A stretch of 64,000 bases of DNA, taken from positions 664,452 to 728,451 of the forward strand of contig CP060261.1 of NCBI GenBank assembly GCA_022646525.1. The letters are read 5' to 3'. A program made the translations under genes and the position numbers. This DNA is from Holosporaceae bacterium (GTDB lineage Bacteria > Pseudomonadota > Alphaproteobacteria > UBA7879 > UBA5542). Below are positions 41,445 through 52,047 of the stretch, piece after piece (position 1 is the first letter of the stretch; each line of letters begins with the position of its first letter). The notes beneath the pieces are model-generated. The model had not been told where the DNA came from. It did no database searches and saw only the letters and a program-made list of their open reading frames with translations.

Positions 41445-42833
41445 TTAACCCATTGATTTAAGTTGTTCGGGCAGGGCATAGGCCCATTCACTGATGGTGC
41501 CTGCACCCATGCATGTGATCAGATCGCCTTTATGCGCCAGTTTTTTTACAAGCGCGGGCAGATCTTTTTCAGAGCTTAGCACATGAATTTCCCCTTTAAA
41601 GTGTGTTTTGGCTGCATCGGCCAGGGTGTTACTGTCATAGCCTTTCAGGGGAGATTCGCCGGCCTCGTAAACGGGGGCAAGAATAAGTGTATCGGCCCCT
41701 TCAAAACATTTTGAAAATTCACTGAAAAGATTTTTCAGGCGGCTGTATTTATGGGGCTGTACCACGGCAATGATTTTATTTTTTGTCATCAAGCGTGCGG
41801 CTTTTAAAACAGCGGCAATTTCGGTGGGGTGATGGGCGTAATCATCGATGACGGTGATACCATCTGTTGTGCCGGTTGTGACAAACCGACGCTTCACACC
41901 TGCAAATTCTCTCAAACTTTTCTTAATAATATTTTCAGATAGGTTTAGTTTAAGCCCCACCACCACCACGGTGAGGGCATTTAGCATATTGTGTTCGCCC
42001 AACAGGGGAATCTCGACATCTTTTAGTTTTTGTTTGTCGAAGGTGACATCGAATGTCATGCCTTTTTCGCTGGCCCGAATGTTGGTGGCCCGACACTGGG
42101 CCTTCGGATCGGTGCCATAGGTAATGGTGGGCTTGTGAATTTTGGGCAAAATGGCTTTGACTGTGGGGTGATCAATACACACAATTGAAAAGCCGTAGGC
42201 GGGCACCCCGTTTGCAAATTCAACGAAGGCCTGTTTTAAAACGGCAAAGTCGTCGTCATAGTTTTCCATATGCTCGGGCTCGATATTTGAGATTACGGCA
42301 ATGGTACGGGGAATTTTGATGAACGTTTTATCGGATTCATCTGATTCAACCACCATCCAATTGCCTGTCCCCGCACGGGCATTGGAATTGATGTCGAACA
42401 AAATGCCGCCGTTTAAAATAGTGGGGTCGAGGCCGGCCTTTAAGAAGAGGGTCGACATAAGGGATGTCATGGTGGTTTTGCCGTGGGTGCCAGATAGGCA
42501 AACCGTTGACTTAAAGCGCATAATTTCAGCCAACATATCGGCCCGTGACATGATGGGAATACCTAATTTACGGGCGAGTTTAATGTCGGGGTCGCTGTCT
42601 TTAATGGCGGACGAGCGCACTACTACAGTTGCTTTTTCAAGAAGTTTGGGATCGTGCCCTTTAACTGTTTTAATGCCCAGCTTTTGAAGGCGAATGGTGT
42701 TCGCGTTTTCACCTTGGTCACTGCCCTGAACGGTGTGGCCTGCGTGGTGCAGAACTTCGGCAATGCCGCTCATCCCAATGCCGCCGATGCCGACAATGTG
42801 GAAAGTACCCAGGGAAAGAGGGGCTGTTTGCAT
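41445..42833 (-). CDS. murC: UDP-N-acetylmuramate--L-alanine ligase
   Basis: FHIVGIGGIGMSGIAEVL, SGTHGKTTMTSLM, DDYAHHPTEI. Confidence 0.95.
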   Translation of the reverse strand: MQTAPLSLGTFHIVGIGGIGMSGIAEVLHHAGHTVQGSDQGENANTIRLQKLGIKTVKGHDPKLLEKATVVVRSSAIKDSDPDIKLARKLGIPIMSRADMLAEIMRFKSTVCLSGTHGKTTMTSLMSTLFLKAGLDPTILNGGILFDINSNARAGTGNWMVVESDESDKTFIKIPRTIAVISNIEPEHMENYDDDFAVLKQAFVEFANGVPAYGFSIVCIDHPTVKAILPKIHKPTITYGTDPKAQCRATNIRASEKGMTFDVTFDKQKLKDVEIPLLGEHNMLNALTVVVVGLKLNLSENIIKKSLREFAGVKRRFVTTGTTDGITVIDDYAHHPTEIAAVLKAARLMTKNKIIAVVQPHKYSRLKNLFSEFSKCFEGADTLILAPVYEAGESPLKGYDSNTLADAAKTHFKGEIHVLSSEKDLPALVKKLAHKGDLITCMGAGTISEWAYALPEQLKSMG

Positions 42834-42846
42834 AAATTTTTAGTCC

Positions 42847-43983
42847 TTATTTCTTAACGCGATGTGTTTTATTGAGCACTGCTTCTACGGCCTCCGTGAG
42901 GGCTTTGTCAGCGTCCTCCATTTTTAAATTATGAAGATTTTCTGCTGTTTTTTCAAGGTCTTTGGGGGACTTCAAAATCTCTTCAATTTTCTTGGCCAGG
43001 CTTTCTGGTGTGACGTCGGACTGGCGCATATACCAGCTGGCTTTTTTTTCAGAAAGAGTAAGGGCGTTGTGCATTTGATGATCGTCCATGGCGGTGGGCA
43101 GGGGAATCAGAAGGGCTGGGCGGCCCACAGCCGTAAGCTCGGTTACGGTGGATGCCCCGGCGCGGGAAATCACCAAGTGTGCCTTTTTATATTCAGCTGC
43201 CATATCTTTGAAAAAGGGCGCTAAATTTACTTTAAGGCCTGCTTTTTTATAGCATTCTTGTGCTTTTTTTATATGTTCAGGGCGACATTGTTGTGTGATT
43301 TGAAGGCGCTTTTGCAGCTCTTTCGGTAGTTTGATAATTGCCTTCGTGAGGGTGGTGCTGAAAATGCGCGCACCCTGACTGCCCCCAACGGCAAACAAAT
43401 GAATGGTTTTGTGGGGCGGCTTATAGGGGCTTTTTTTCCAAACCTGTTTAATGGTATCGCGAATGGGGTTGCCCGTTTGCACAATTTTTTTGCGATCTTT
43501 TTCGCGAAGGCCCTTCGTGAAACGAAAAATAGTTGTAATGCTTTGTGCCCACGGCGCTAGCCAACGTGTGACCCGGCCTGCATAAGCATTTTGTTCGTGT
43601 AACATGTAGGGAATGCCTAAAATGAGGGCAGCAAACAAAGGAGGAAAGCTGGGATAACCGCCAAACCCAATTACAAGGGACGGGCGACTGAGCATAAACT
43701 TCCACGTGACATAGGTGATTTCAATCAGGGTGCGTGTGGCAATGGCAATTTTGCCCATAATGCCAGGACGATAGCGCGGCAAATCAAGAATAAACATGTG
43801 CGTGTTTTTGGGCTTTTCATGGAAAGCCTGGCCGCGTTTATCGGTGATGTACAGTACGTTATGGTTTTGGCGCGTTAAAATTTCGCATAAAGACTGGGCC
43901 GGAAAAATATGGCCCCCCGTACCGCCGCCAACAACAGCGACATAAGGGTTTTTAATGGTGATCTTGTTATAGATTTTTGTCAT
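42847..43983 (-). CDS. murG: Undecaprenyldiphospho-muramoylpentapeptide beta-N-acetylglucosaminyltransferase
   Basis: VGGGTGGHIFPAQSL, VISRAGASTVTELTAVGRPALLIPLP. Confidence 0.95.
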   Translation of the reverse strand: MTKIYNKITIKNPYVAVVGGGTGGHIFPAQSLCEILTRQNHNVLYITDKRGQAFHEKPKNTHMFILDLPRYRPGIMGKIAIATRTLIEITYVTWKFMLSRPSLVIGFGGYPSFPPLFAALILGIPYMLHEQNAYAGRVTRWLAPWAQSITTIFRFTKGLREKDRKKIVQTGNPIRDTIKQVWKKSPYKPPHKTIHLFAVGGSQGARIFSTTLTKAIIKLPKELQKRLQITQQCRPEHIKKAQECYKKAGLKVNLAPFFKDMAAEYKKAHLVISRAGASTVTELTAVGRPALLIPLPTAMDDHQMHNALTLSEKKASWYMRQSDVTPESLAKKIEEILKSPKDLEKTAENLHNLKMEDADKALTEAVEAVLNKTHRVKK

Positions 43984-45094
43984 CTAACCGTCGTTTCGTA
44001 AAGCTGAGAACCATGCCCATACCAAAAGCTGTTGCTATGATAGACGACCCCCCGTAGCTGAGGAAGGGTAAGGTCATCCCCTTTGTGGGGATGAGGTGAA
44101 GGGCCGAGCCCATATTCACCATGGCTTGCAAAGCAAATTGTACGGCAATGCCGCTAATAGCCAAGCGCAAGAAGAAATTATTTTCTTTTCGTGCCAGCCA
44201 CAAAGCGCGCCCCGTAATGAATAGGAATAAAAATAAGATAAAAACGCAAAAAAAGAAACCAAATTCTTCACCGGCTACAGAAAAAACAAAGTCTGCATGG
44301 GCATCGGGCAGGTGGCGTTTGACGACGCCTTCGCCGGGCCCCTTGCCAAAAAGCCCGCCCTGACGAAAGGCTTCAAGGGATTGGGTGATTTGATATTGGT
44401 CACCTGTTTTGGGGTTTAAAAAACGGTCGATCCGGCTGGCCACATGGGGGAAAATAAAGTATACCGCTGTGCTACCAACCATGCCCAGGCCTGCCATAAG
44501 ATATACCCAAAAAAGTGAAAGGCCCGCCAAATAGAACTGGAAGAACCAAACACAGCTGATCACAAACACCATGCCAAAGTCGGGCTGAAGAATAATAAGC
44601 CCAATCGTCAGCACATACAGCACCACAGAAATATCGGTTGGGGTGGGGCGTCCATCGCCTTCGCGTTGGGCAAAAAGCCAGGCGGCAATCACCGCAAAAA
44701 CAGGTTTCATGAATTCAGAGGCCTGAAGGGAGAACCCAAAAACATTCAGCCACCTTTTGGCGCCTTTGGCCTCCATGCCCCAAAAGGGGGTGATCGCCAA
44801 ACATACAAGAATGCCCAAAAATAAAAGCCAACATAAAAAGCGCAACAGCTTAGGGGGCAGAATGGCTGTGCCCACCAAACAAAACAGGGCGGGCACCATA
44901 AAGAAAATGTGGCGTTTGACGAAGAAAAAGGAATCAAGATTCAGTTTGTGGGCGACGCCAGGGCTGGCTGAAAAACTGAGAAAAAGGCCGGTGATCACCA
45001 GCAACAGAATCGATGTGAATAACCATCGGTCAACCGTCCACCACCAGGTGCTAAGATAGCTGCGATCGGTTCGAGAAAACGAGTGCCCAATCAC
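43967..45094 (-). CDS. ftsW: SEDS-family peptidoglycan glycosyltransferase FtsW
   Basis: About 10 TM segments, LQASEFMKPVFAVIAAWLFA, GMTLPFLSYGGSS. Confidence 0.9.
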   Translation of the reverse strand: MIGHSFSRTDRSYLSTWWWTVDRWLFTSILLLVITGLFLSFSASPGVAHKLNLDSFFFVKRHIFFMVPALFCLVGTAILPPKLLRFLCWLLFLGILVCLAITPFWGMEAKGAKRWLNVFGFSLQASEFMKPVFAVIAAWLFAQREGDGRPTPTDISVVLYVLTIGLIILQPDFGMVFVISCVWFFQFYLAGLSLFWVYLMAGLGMVGSTAVYFIFPHVASRIDRFLNPKTGDQYQITQSLEAFRQGGLFGKGPGEGVVKRHLPDAHADFVFSVAGEEFGFFFCVFILFLFLFITGRALWLARKENNFFLRLAISGIAVQFALQAMVNMGSALHLIPTKGMTLPFLSYGGSSIIATAFGMGMVLSFTKRRLDDKNL

Positions 45095-46488
45095 GCTTTG
45101 CGTCTTTTCTTTGTGAGGGTTTCTATGATTTTTTTCACAACCTTTTTAAAGTGATCACCCCGTTCTTCAAAATTTTTGTATTGATCGAAGGATGCGCACG
45201 CAGGAGCCAGCAAAATGGTGATGTTTTCTTTTTCAAGAAGGGCATCTTCGGTGGCTTGTTTGAGGGCTTTTTCTAAGCCTTCAAACGTGGCTGTGGGTAG
45301 GTGCTTTGAAAATAAAATGTCATAGTTTTTGGCGGCCTCGCCAAAGGCATACACACGTTGAATATGGCCAAAAGAAGTGTGTGCCGGCGTGATATCGAAA
45401 GAATCTGTTTTGGGCTTGCCCCCCACCAGCCAGAAAATATTCTTATAGGCCGCGAGCGCATGGGACGCAGCATCAATGGATGTGGCTTTGCTGTCGTTAA
45501 TATAGGTGATGTTGTGGTGCTGGGCCACGTGTTCTTGACGATGGGGCAGGCCTTCATATGTTTTAAGGCCTTTGATAATGCGTTCAGGCGACAACTGGTG
45601 CACGGCCCGGCAGACGGCATAACAGGCTGCAATGTTTTGATAGTTATGGGCCCCCTTCAGATGGGGCAGGGTGGTGACTTTTAAAATTTCTTTCGGCAAG
45701 GTGGCCAGATGATCGATTAATATGCCGTTATCAATGTAGACCCCTTTTTGCAGTTGTTTCTGCCCCGAAATGGGAATGGTGTAAGCATCGCTCAGCGACT
45801 GATAAATGGCTTCCATCAAGGGGTTGTCGACCCCAATAATTTTGGTGCCGTGGGGTTTTAACAAATCAAAGATATGCAACTTGGCCTGCTGATAGCGGGC
45901 CATATCACCGTGTCGTTCAAGATGGTTGGGTGTAATGTTTAAAAAAACACTTGCGGAAAGGGCGGGTGTTGTAATGCGTTCAAGTTGGTAAGACGACAAT
46001 TCAACAACATATGTGCCTTTGGCATCGAGGTGGGGTAATTCGAACGTAGGTACACCCAAATTGCCCCCCGCGGCTGCCGTGTGGCCTGCATGGTTCAGCA
46101 CATGGTTGATCAGCGTGGTGGTGGTGGACTTGCCGTTTGAGCCTGTCACACCCACAATGGTGGGGCCTGCCAATGTTTTAAAAAATAAGTCAATATCGCA
46201 AATAATGGGAGTGCGATAGCGAGCCGCTAAGTGGGCCACCAAGTGGGGTTTTGGCAGCATGTGCGGAATGCCGGGGCTTAGCACTAAGGCCGTTAAACTT
46301 TCCCAATCGAGCTTTTCAGGGTGGATGACGGTGAACCCTGCCTTTTTGGCATGGGTGCGTTGGGCAAGGGTGTCGTCCCACGCAAAGACAGTTGCCCCTT
46401 GATGTGTCAATGCTTTAAGGGTTGATAGGCCAGATCTCCCAAGACCTACCACATAATATGTTTTATTCTTAAAGGGCTGTATTTCCAT
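45091..46488 (-). CDS. murD: UDP-N-acetylmuramoylalanine--D-glutamate ligase
   Basis: YYVVGLGRSGLSTLKAL, GVTGSNGKSTTTTL, NDSKATSIDA. Confidence 0.95.
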   Translation of the reverse strand: MEIQPFKNKTYYVVGLGRSGLSTLKALTHQGATVFAWDDTLAQRTHAKKAGFTVIHPEKLDWESLTALVLSPGIPHMLPKPHLVAHLAARYRTPIICDIDLFFKTLAGPTIVGVTGSNGKSTTTTLINHVLNHAGHTAAAGGNLGVPTFELPHLDAKGTYVVELSSYQLERITTPALSASVFLNITPNHLERHGDMARYQQAKLHIFDLLKPHGTKIIGVDNPLMEAIYQSLSDAYTIPISGQKQLQKGVYIDNGILIDHLATLPKEILKVTTLPHLKGAHNYQNIAACYAVCRAVHQLSPERIIKGLKTYEGLPHRQEHVAQHHNITYINDSKATSIDAASHALAAYKNIFWLVGGKPKTDSFDITPAHTSFGHIQRVYAFGEAAKNYDILFSKHLPTATFEGLEKALKQATEDALLEKENITILLAPACASFDQYKNFEERGDHFKKVVKKIIETLTKKRRKA

Positions 46489-46492
46489 AACT

Positions 46493-47584
46493 TTATCGTA
46501 GTTTTAACGTAGCCAGGCCTAGCAATGCAAGCACAAAAGAGATAATCCAAAAACGCATCACCACTGTCGACTCAGACCACCCTTTTTTTTCAAAGTGGTG
46601 GTGGAGGGGTGCCATTAAGAAAATGCGTTTGCCGCCCGTATGTTTGAAGTAGAGCACCTGTAAGATAACCGATAGAGTTTCGATCACAAAGACTCCGCCA
46701 ATGAGGGCCAGCACAATTTCATGCTTGGTAATCACACTCACGGTGCCCAGGGCGCTTCCAATGGCAAGCGAGCCCATGTCGCCCATGAAAATTTGTGCAG
46801 GTGGGGCGTTAAACCACAAAAAACTAAGCCCTGCGCCCACCAGTGCCCCACAAAAAACAGAGAGTTCGCCGCTGCCCGGCACGTAGTGAAGTTGCAAGTG
46901 ATGGGCAAAAATAGCATTGCCCACAAGGTAGGCAATAATGCCAAAGCACGTGGCTGTGGTGATGATGGGGCCAATGGCCAAGCCATCAAGACCATCGGTG
47001 AGATTCACGGCGTTTGAACTGCCCACAATGACGCATAGGGAAAAGGGAATGAAGAGAAACCCAAGGTTGATCAGTACATCTTTGAAAAACGGCACCGCCA
47101 GGTGAGACTCAACGGAGGTTGGCAGATAGATGGTGATGAAATAAGTGGCCACAAGCACCACCAACACTTGGCCATAAAACTTTACTTTACTAAGCATCCC
47201 TTTGGCATTTTGACGGGTGACTTTGATGTAATCGTCAATACCCCCGAGACATCCTAAGCCCAGACAGGTGAGAAGGGTGATCCACAAAAATGGATTGCTG
47301 AGATCGGCCCATAAAAGGGTGCTGATGGTGAGGCTAAGCAAAATAATCAACCCGCCCATGGTGGGGGTGCCCACTTTGGTTTTTAGGTGGCTTTGGGGTC
47401 CTTCGGCGCGGATGGGTTGGCCCTTGCCTTGTACCCGGCGCATATAGTGAATAATGCGGGGTCCCAGATAGAGGCCCAGGAAAAAGGCAGTGAGTGTGGC
47501 GCCGGCTGAGCGAAAGGTGATGTATTTGAAAACATTGAATATATGGATATCTTGCGCAAGCGAATAGAGAAGATGATAGAGCAC
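46493..47584 (-). CDS. mraY: Phospho-N-acetylmuramoyl-pentapeptide transferase
   Basis: GTPTMGGLIILLSL, NAVNLTDGLDGLA, MGDMGSLAIG. GTG start preceded by aagga. Confidence 0.95.
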   Translation of the reverse strand: MLYHLLYSLAQDIHIFNVFKYITFRSAGATLTAFFLGLYLGPRIIHYMRRVQGKGQPIRAEGPQSHLKTKVGTPTMGGLIILLSLTISTLLWADLSNPFLWITLLTCLGLGCLGGIDDYIKVTRQNAKGMLSKVKFYGQVLVVLVATYFITIYLPTSVESHLAVPFFKDVLINLGFLFIPFSLCVIVGSSNAVNLTDGLDGLAIGPIITTATCFGIIAYLVGNAIFAHHLQLHYVPGSGELSVFCGALVGAGLSFLWFNAPPAQIFMGDMGSLAIGSALGTVSVITKHEIVLALIGGVFVIETLSVILQVLYFKHTGGKRIFLMAPLHHHFEKKGWSESTVVMRFWIISFVLALLGLATLKLR

Positions 47585-47608
47585 GTTATGTCCTTAATTT
47601 ATCGTTAC

Positions 47609-47638
47609 AGTGTACCCTATTTTGGTGCCGCTGTCAGG
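47609..47638 (-). promoter_or_regulatory. Candidate sigma70-type promoter for mraY and downstream dcw genes
   Basis: The minus strand reads CTGACA-N18-TACACT, about 25 nt upstream of the mraY GTG and downstream of the island terminator. Confidence 0.3.
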
Positions 47639-47664
47639 GGGTGTGTTGACGCAATTTAGAGATT

Positions 47665-47689
47665 TAAAAAACCCCCACTAAGGTGGGGG
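47665..47689 (-). terminator. Rho-independent terminator after the large repeat gene, between the island and mraY
   Basis: The minus strand reads cccccac-ctta-gtggggg followed by ttttttt. Confidence 0.65.
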
Positions 47690-47713
47690 CTAGCTTTTTT
47701 AACTATGGCCTAT

Positions 47714-50700
47714 CTACTTTGTGTTACTGACCACAGCCATTTTAGGCCTGTTAGCATGAGAGGGTGATCGACAACAGAGCGGTAGAACGGTGTAGAGTTT
47801 AGCCGGGGGGTTTTCTTGACTTATGACGCTATTAAGATTTCGAATATCTAAAGTGGCATACGGGTTTTTGATCAGCTGAAGAATACGTTGGAGAACTCGG
47901 TTGGGTTTCAACCGACCACTTTCGATATCGCGTTTAAGGGTTTGACAGATCCGTGGGAAATGTTCTGCGAGATAATTAGAAGAATGCTTTGATAATTCTT
48001 GTAAAACACACCTAATATTATGGCCTGATGACATATATCTTGGAATGAAGTTGCGGGCTAGATCTACAACTTTGGAACGTCTTGCGCGTGGTATTTTCCT
48101 TACCGCATCAATAATAATTGCTTTGTAATAGGCACTCATTTTGTTGGTTATGAGTGGACTTGCATCCTTTAAAACATCGGCACGTTTTTCGCGGGGTATT
48201 TTCCTTACCGCATCAATAATAATTGCTATTTCATGTCCATTCTCCTTTGGAGGATTGGCATGATGTCTTGCGGGGGGCATTTGCCTTACCGTATCAATAA
48301 TAGATGCTTCATAATAGACACTCATGGTGTCTCTTATGAAATCGAGAGCCTGCTTTAAAGCATCATTACGTCTTGCGCGGGGTATTTCACATATCGCATT
48401 AATAATAGATGCTATTTGATATTCACTCATATTGTCGCGTATAAAGGGGTGGGCATGCTTTACAACATCGGAACGTTCTTCGGGGAATATTCTCATTATC
48501 GCATTAATAATAGATGCTATTTGATATCCATTCATATTGTCGCGTATAAAGGGTGGGCATGCTTTACAACATCGGAACGTTCTTCGCGGGGTATTTCACA
48601 TATCGCATCAATAATAGATGCTATTTGATATCCATTCATATTGTCGCGTATAAAGGGGTGGGCATGCTTTACAACATCAGCACGTCCTTCGCGGGTATTT
48701 CCCTTGCCGCATCAATAATAGATGCTATTTCTTTGCTATTCATGGTGTTGTGTATAAAGGGGCGGGCATGCTTTACAACATCGGAACGTTCTGCGTGGGG
48801 TATTTCACATATCGCATCAATAATAGATGCTATTTGATATCCATTCATATTGTCGCGTATAAAGGGGGCGGGCATGCTCTAAAACATTTTGGGTGTATGG
48901 GTGGGTTGGGTATATTTGCCTTACCGCATTAATAATACGTGTTATTTCTTTGCCACTCATGGTGTTGGGTATGAAGTGGAAGGCCCAACTTACAACATCG
49001 TTACGTATGTCGTGGGGTATTTCACATATCGCATTAATAATAGATGCTATTTGATATCCACTCATATTGTCGCGCATAAAGAGGCGGGCCTGCGCTAAAA
49101 CATATTTGGGTGTATTGGTATATTTGCCTTTACCGCATTAATAATAGATGCTATTTCTTTGCCACTCATGGTGTCTCTTATGAAGGGCGGGCCTGCTCTA
49201 TAACATAGGCACGTTTTTCGGGGGTATGTCCCCATATTGCCCTAATAATAGATGCTATTTCTTCGTTACCCGTGGTGTTGATGAAGGCGCTGGCATGCTC
49301 TAAAACACTGTCATATCCTATGAATATTTGTCCTATTGTTTATAATAATAGATGCTATTTGATATCCACCATATTGTCGCGTATAAAGGGAGGGCCAGCT
49401 CTATAACATCGGCATTACGTATTTCGCGGCGGTAGTCTGGGTAATATTCTTGCCTTACCGCATTAATAATAGATGCTATTTCTTCGCCACTCATGGTGTC
49501 TCTTATGAAGGGGCGGGCCCGCTCTAAAACATCGGCACCATGTGGTATTCCGTGGAGTATTCCCTTACCGCATTAATAATAGATGCTATTTCTTTTGCCA
49601 CTCATGGTGTTGGTTATGAAGACGAGAGCATAATCTAAAACATTTTGGGTGCATTTAGGATTTGCTAATGCATTCATAACAAGTACTTTGTCAGAGTCAC
49701 TCATGTCTGCTCTTGCGAAGAGACAGGCTTTATACATATTCCGGGGTGCATTTCACATATCGCATTAATAATAGATGCTATTTCTTTGCCACTCATGGTG
49801 TTGGTTATGAAGACGAGAGCATAATCTAAAACATTTTGGGTGCATTTAGGATTTGCTAATGCATTCATAACAAGTACTTTGTCAGAGTCACTCATGTCTG
49901 CTCTTGCGAAGAGACAGGCTTTTATACATATTCCGGGTGCATTTTCCTTACCGCTTTAATAATAGATGCTATTTCTTCGCCACTCATATTGTTGTGTGTA
50001 TGAAGGGGTGGCGGGAATAGACAAGTTCATGGGTGGACTTAAGCCTCGTTATCTCATTAACAATGGCTTCTATTCCTTCTCTACTCATATTGTTGTGTAT
50101 GAAGGGTAGGCATAATATAAGTAATCAGGAAGCTTGGTGATTGTAAGATTTGGATTTGTTGTTAACGCATTAATAATATATGCGATTGTATCGCCATCCG
50201 TGGCGGGTTTTTGAAGAAGCCGTAGAGATATCCTAAAGTATCAAGCTGTCTTTTCGTAGAGTATTCGCCCTATTGCCTTAATAATAAGGGCTTTTTCCTT
50301 CGCCACTCATGGTGGTGTTTCTTATGAAGTCGAGAACATGCTCTATAACATCGGCACGTTCTGCGCGGGTATTTCCTTACCGCATTAATAATAGATGCTA
50401 TTTCATATCCATCCATAATGATGTCGGTTGTGAGACTAGAGACATGATTCAAAACATCGGCACGTTCTGCGTGGGGTATTTCCTTACCGCATTAATAATA
50501 CGTGTTATTTCATATCCATCCATAATGATGTCGGTTGTGAGACTAGAGACATGATTCAAAACATCGGCACGTTCTGCGTGGGGTATTTCCACCGCATTAA
50601 TAATAGATGTTATTTCTTCGACAATCATATTGTTGTGTATGAAGGGGCAGGCCTGCCTTAAAACATCGGCACGTTCTGCGTGGGTATTTCCCTTACCGCA

Positions 50701-51952
50701 TTAATAATACGTGTTATTTCATATCCATCCATAATGATGTCGGTTGTGAGACTAGAGACATGATTCAAAACATCGGCACGTATGCCGCAGGGTATGTCCT
50801 TACCGCATTAATAATAGATGTTATTTCTTCGACAATCATATTGTTGTGTATGAAGGGGCAGGCCTGCTCTAAAACATCGGCACATTCTTCGGTGGTGGGT
50901 ATTTTCATTATCGCATTAATAATATGTGCTATTTCTTCGCCACTCATGGTGCTGATTTGGGAAAGGTTGAAGACATAATATACAGAAAATTGGTAGGTAT
51001 TTTTTGCTATTGCTTCAATAATATGTGCTATTTCTTCGCCACTCATGGTGTTGATTTGGGGAAGATTGCGGACATAATGTACAACATCGTTACATCTTGA
51101 GATGAGGGGTATTTTCCCTAGTGCATTAATAATACGTGCTATTTCATATCTACCATCCATAATGATGTCGGTTGTGAGACTAGAGACATGATTCAAAACA
51201 TCGGCACGTATGCCGCAGGGTATGTCCTTACCGTATCAAGAATACGTGTTATTTCATATCCATCCATAATGATGTCGGTTGTGAGCCTGGAGACATGATT
51301 CAAAACATCACCACAGCTTTCATGGAGTATTCCCTTACCGCATTAATAATAGATGCTATTTCTTTGTCACTCATATTGCCGCGCATAAAGGGGCGGGCCT
51401 GCCTTAAAACATCGGCACGTTCTGCGTGGGGTATTTCCTTTTACCGCATTAATAATAGATGACATTTTTTGTCATTCATAATGATGTTTGTTGTGAACCC
51501 GGAGACATAATTTAAAACATCGTTACGTATGTCGTGGGGTATTTCCCTTACCGTATTAATAATAGACGTTATTTCTTTGTCACTCATATTGCCGCGCATA
51601 AAGGGCGGGCCTGCTCTAAAACATCGGCACGTTCTTCGGTGGATATTTTCATTATCGCATCAATAATAGATAATCTTTATGGTAATCCATAGGGAGGTCG
51701 GAGACCTGCTTTACAATACCGTAATAATTTATGTGGGGTTGGTTAGAACATGCTGCGTTATTTTATCAATCATTAATAGATTCAGAGGGGTTTTTGTGAA
51801 GGCGGCGCGGGCATTGGCAAGTGCTTCGTTGATTGTTGTATAAACTGCTTTTTTACTCTGTTGGTGCTTGGGCCTTCTTCCGCCGCTGCAAAAGTTAGTT
51901 GGCCTGTTAGCAGTATTGAGGCAAGAAGTGTGTATCGAAATATTAGTTTCAT
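47714..51952 (-). pseudogene. Large secreted protein built from about 35 tandem 35-residue repeats (frame-broken in this assembly)
   Basis: ATG 51952 opens MKLIFRYTLLASILLTGQLTFAAAEE. The body is 105-bp units encoding M(S/N)G(Y/K/E)(Q/E)IASIINA(I/V)x(E/K)IPxxxRxDVVxxAxPFIxxx. The only long intact stretch is 47714..48535 (273 aa, including a ~100-aa non-repeat C-terminus). Confidence 0.7.
47980..51700. repeat. Tandem coding repeat, 105-bp unit, several unit subtypes and higher-order duplications
   Basis: The anchor cgcat(t/c)aataata recurs at 48395, 48500, 48604, 48708, 48813, 48925, 49030 and 49134. A ~180-bp block is duplicated at ~49568 and ~49750. The subtype ...catccataatgatgtcggttgtgagactagagacatgattcaaaacatcggcacg recurs at ~50400, 50505, 50715, 51140 and 51260. 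Confidence 0.9.
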
Positions 51953-51982
51953 TTTTTGTTTCGTAAGAATTAACCTGTGCCA

Positions 51983-52012
51983 TATATAGGCATGAAAAAA
52001 AATGAATTTCAA
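51983..52012 (-). promoter_or_regulatory. Candidate promoter of the large repeat gene: TTGAAA-N18-TATATA, with a T8 tract in the spacer
   Basis: Minus strand: cTTGAAAttcattttttttcatgccTATATAtggcac. Duplicate of 53176..53204 except for the T-tract length. Confidence 0.4.
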
Positions 52013-52047
52013 GGAAAAGATAGCTTTTTCAGTTAACTGTGGCCTAT

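Noticed and set aside
40691-45684. Plus-strand ORFs inside the dcw genes (for example 40691..41092, 40956..41288, 41848..42120, 42301..42687, 44121..44363, 44757..45059, 45358..45684)
   Set aside because: They lie antisense to long, strongly conserved minus-strand genes (murB, murC, ftsW, murD) and have low-complexity, motif-free translations. They are shadow ORFs.
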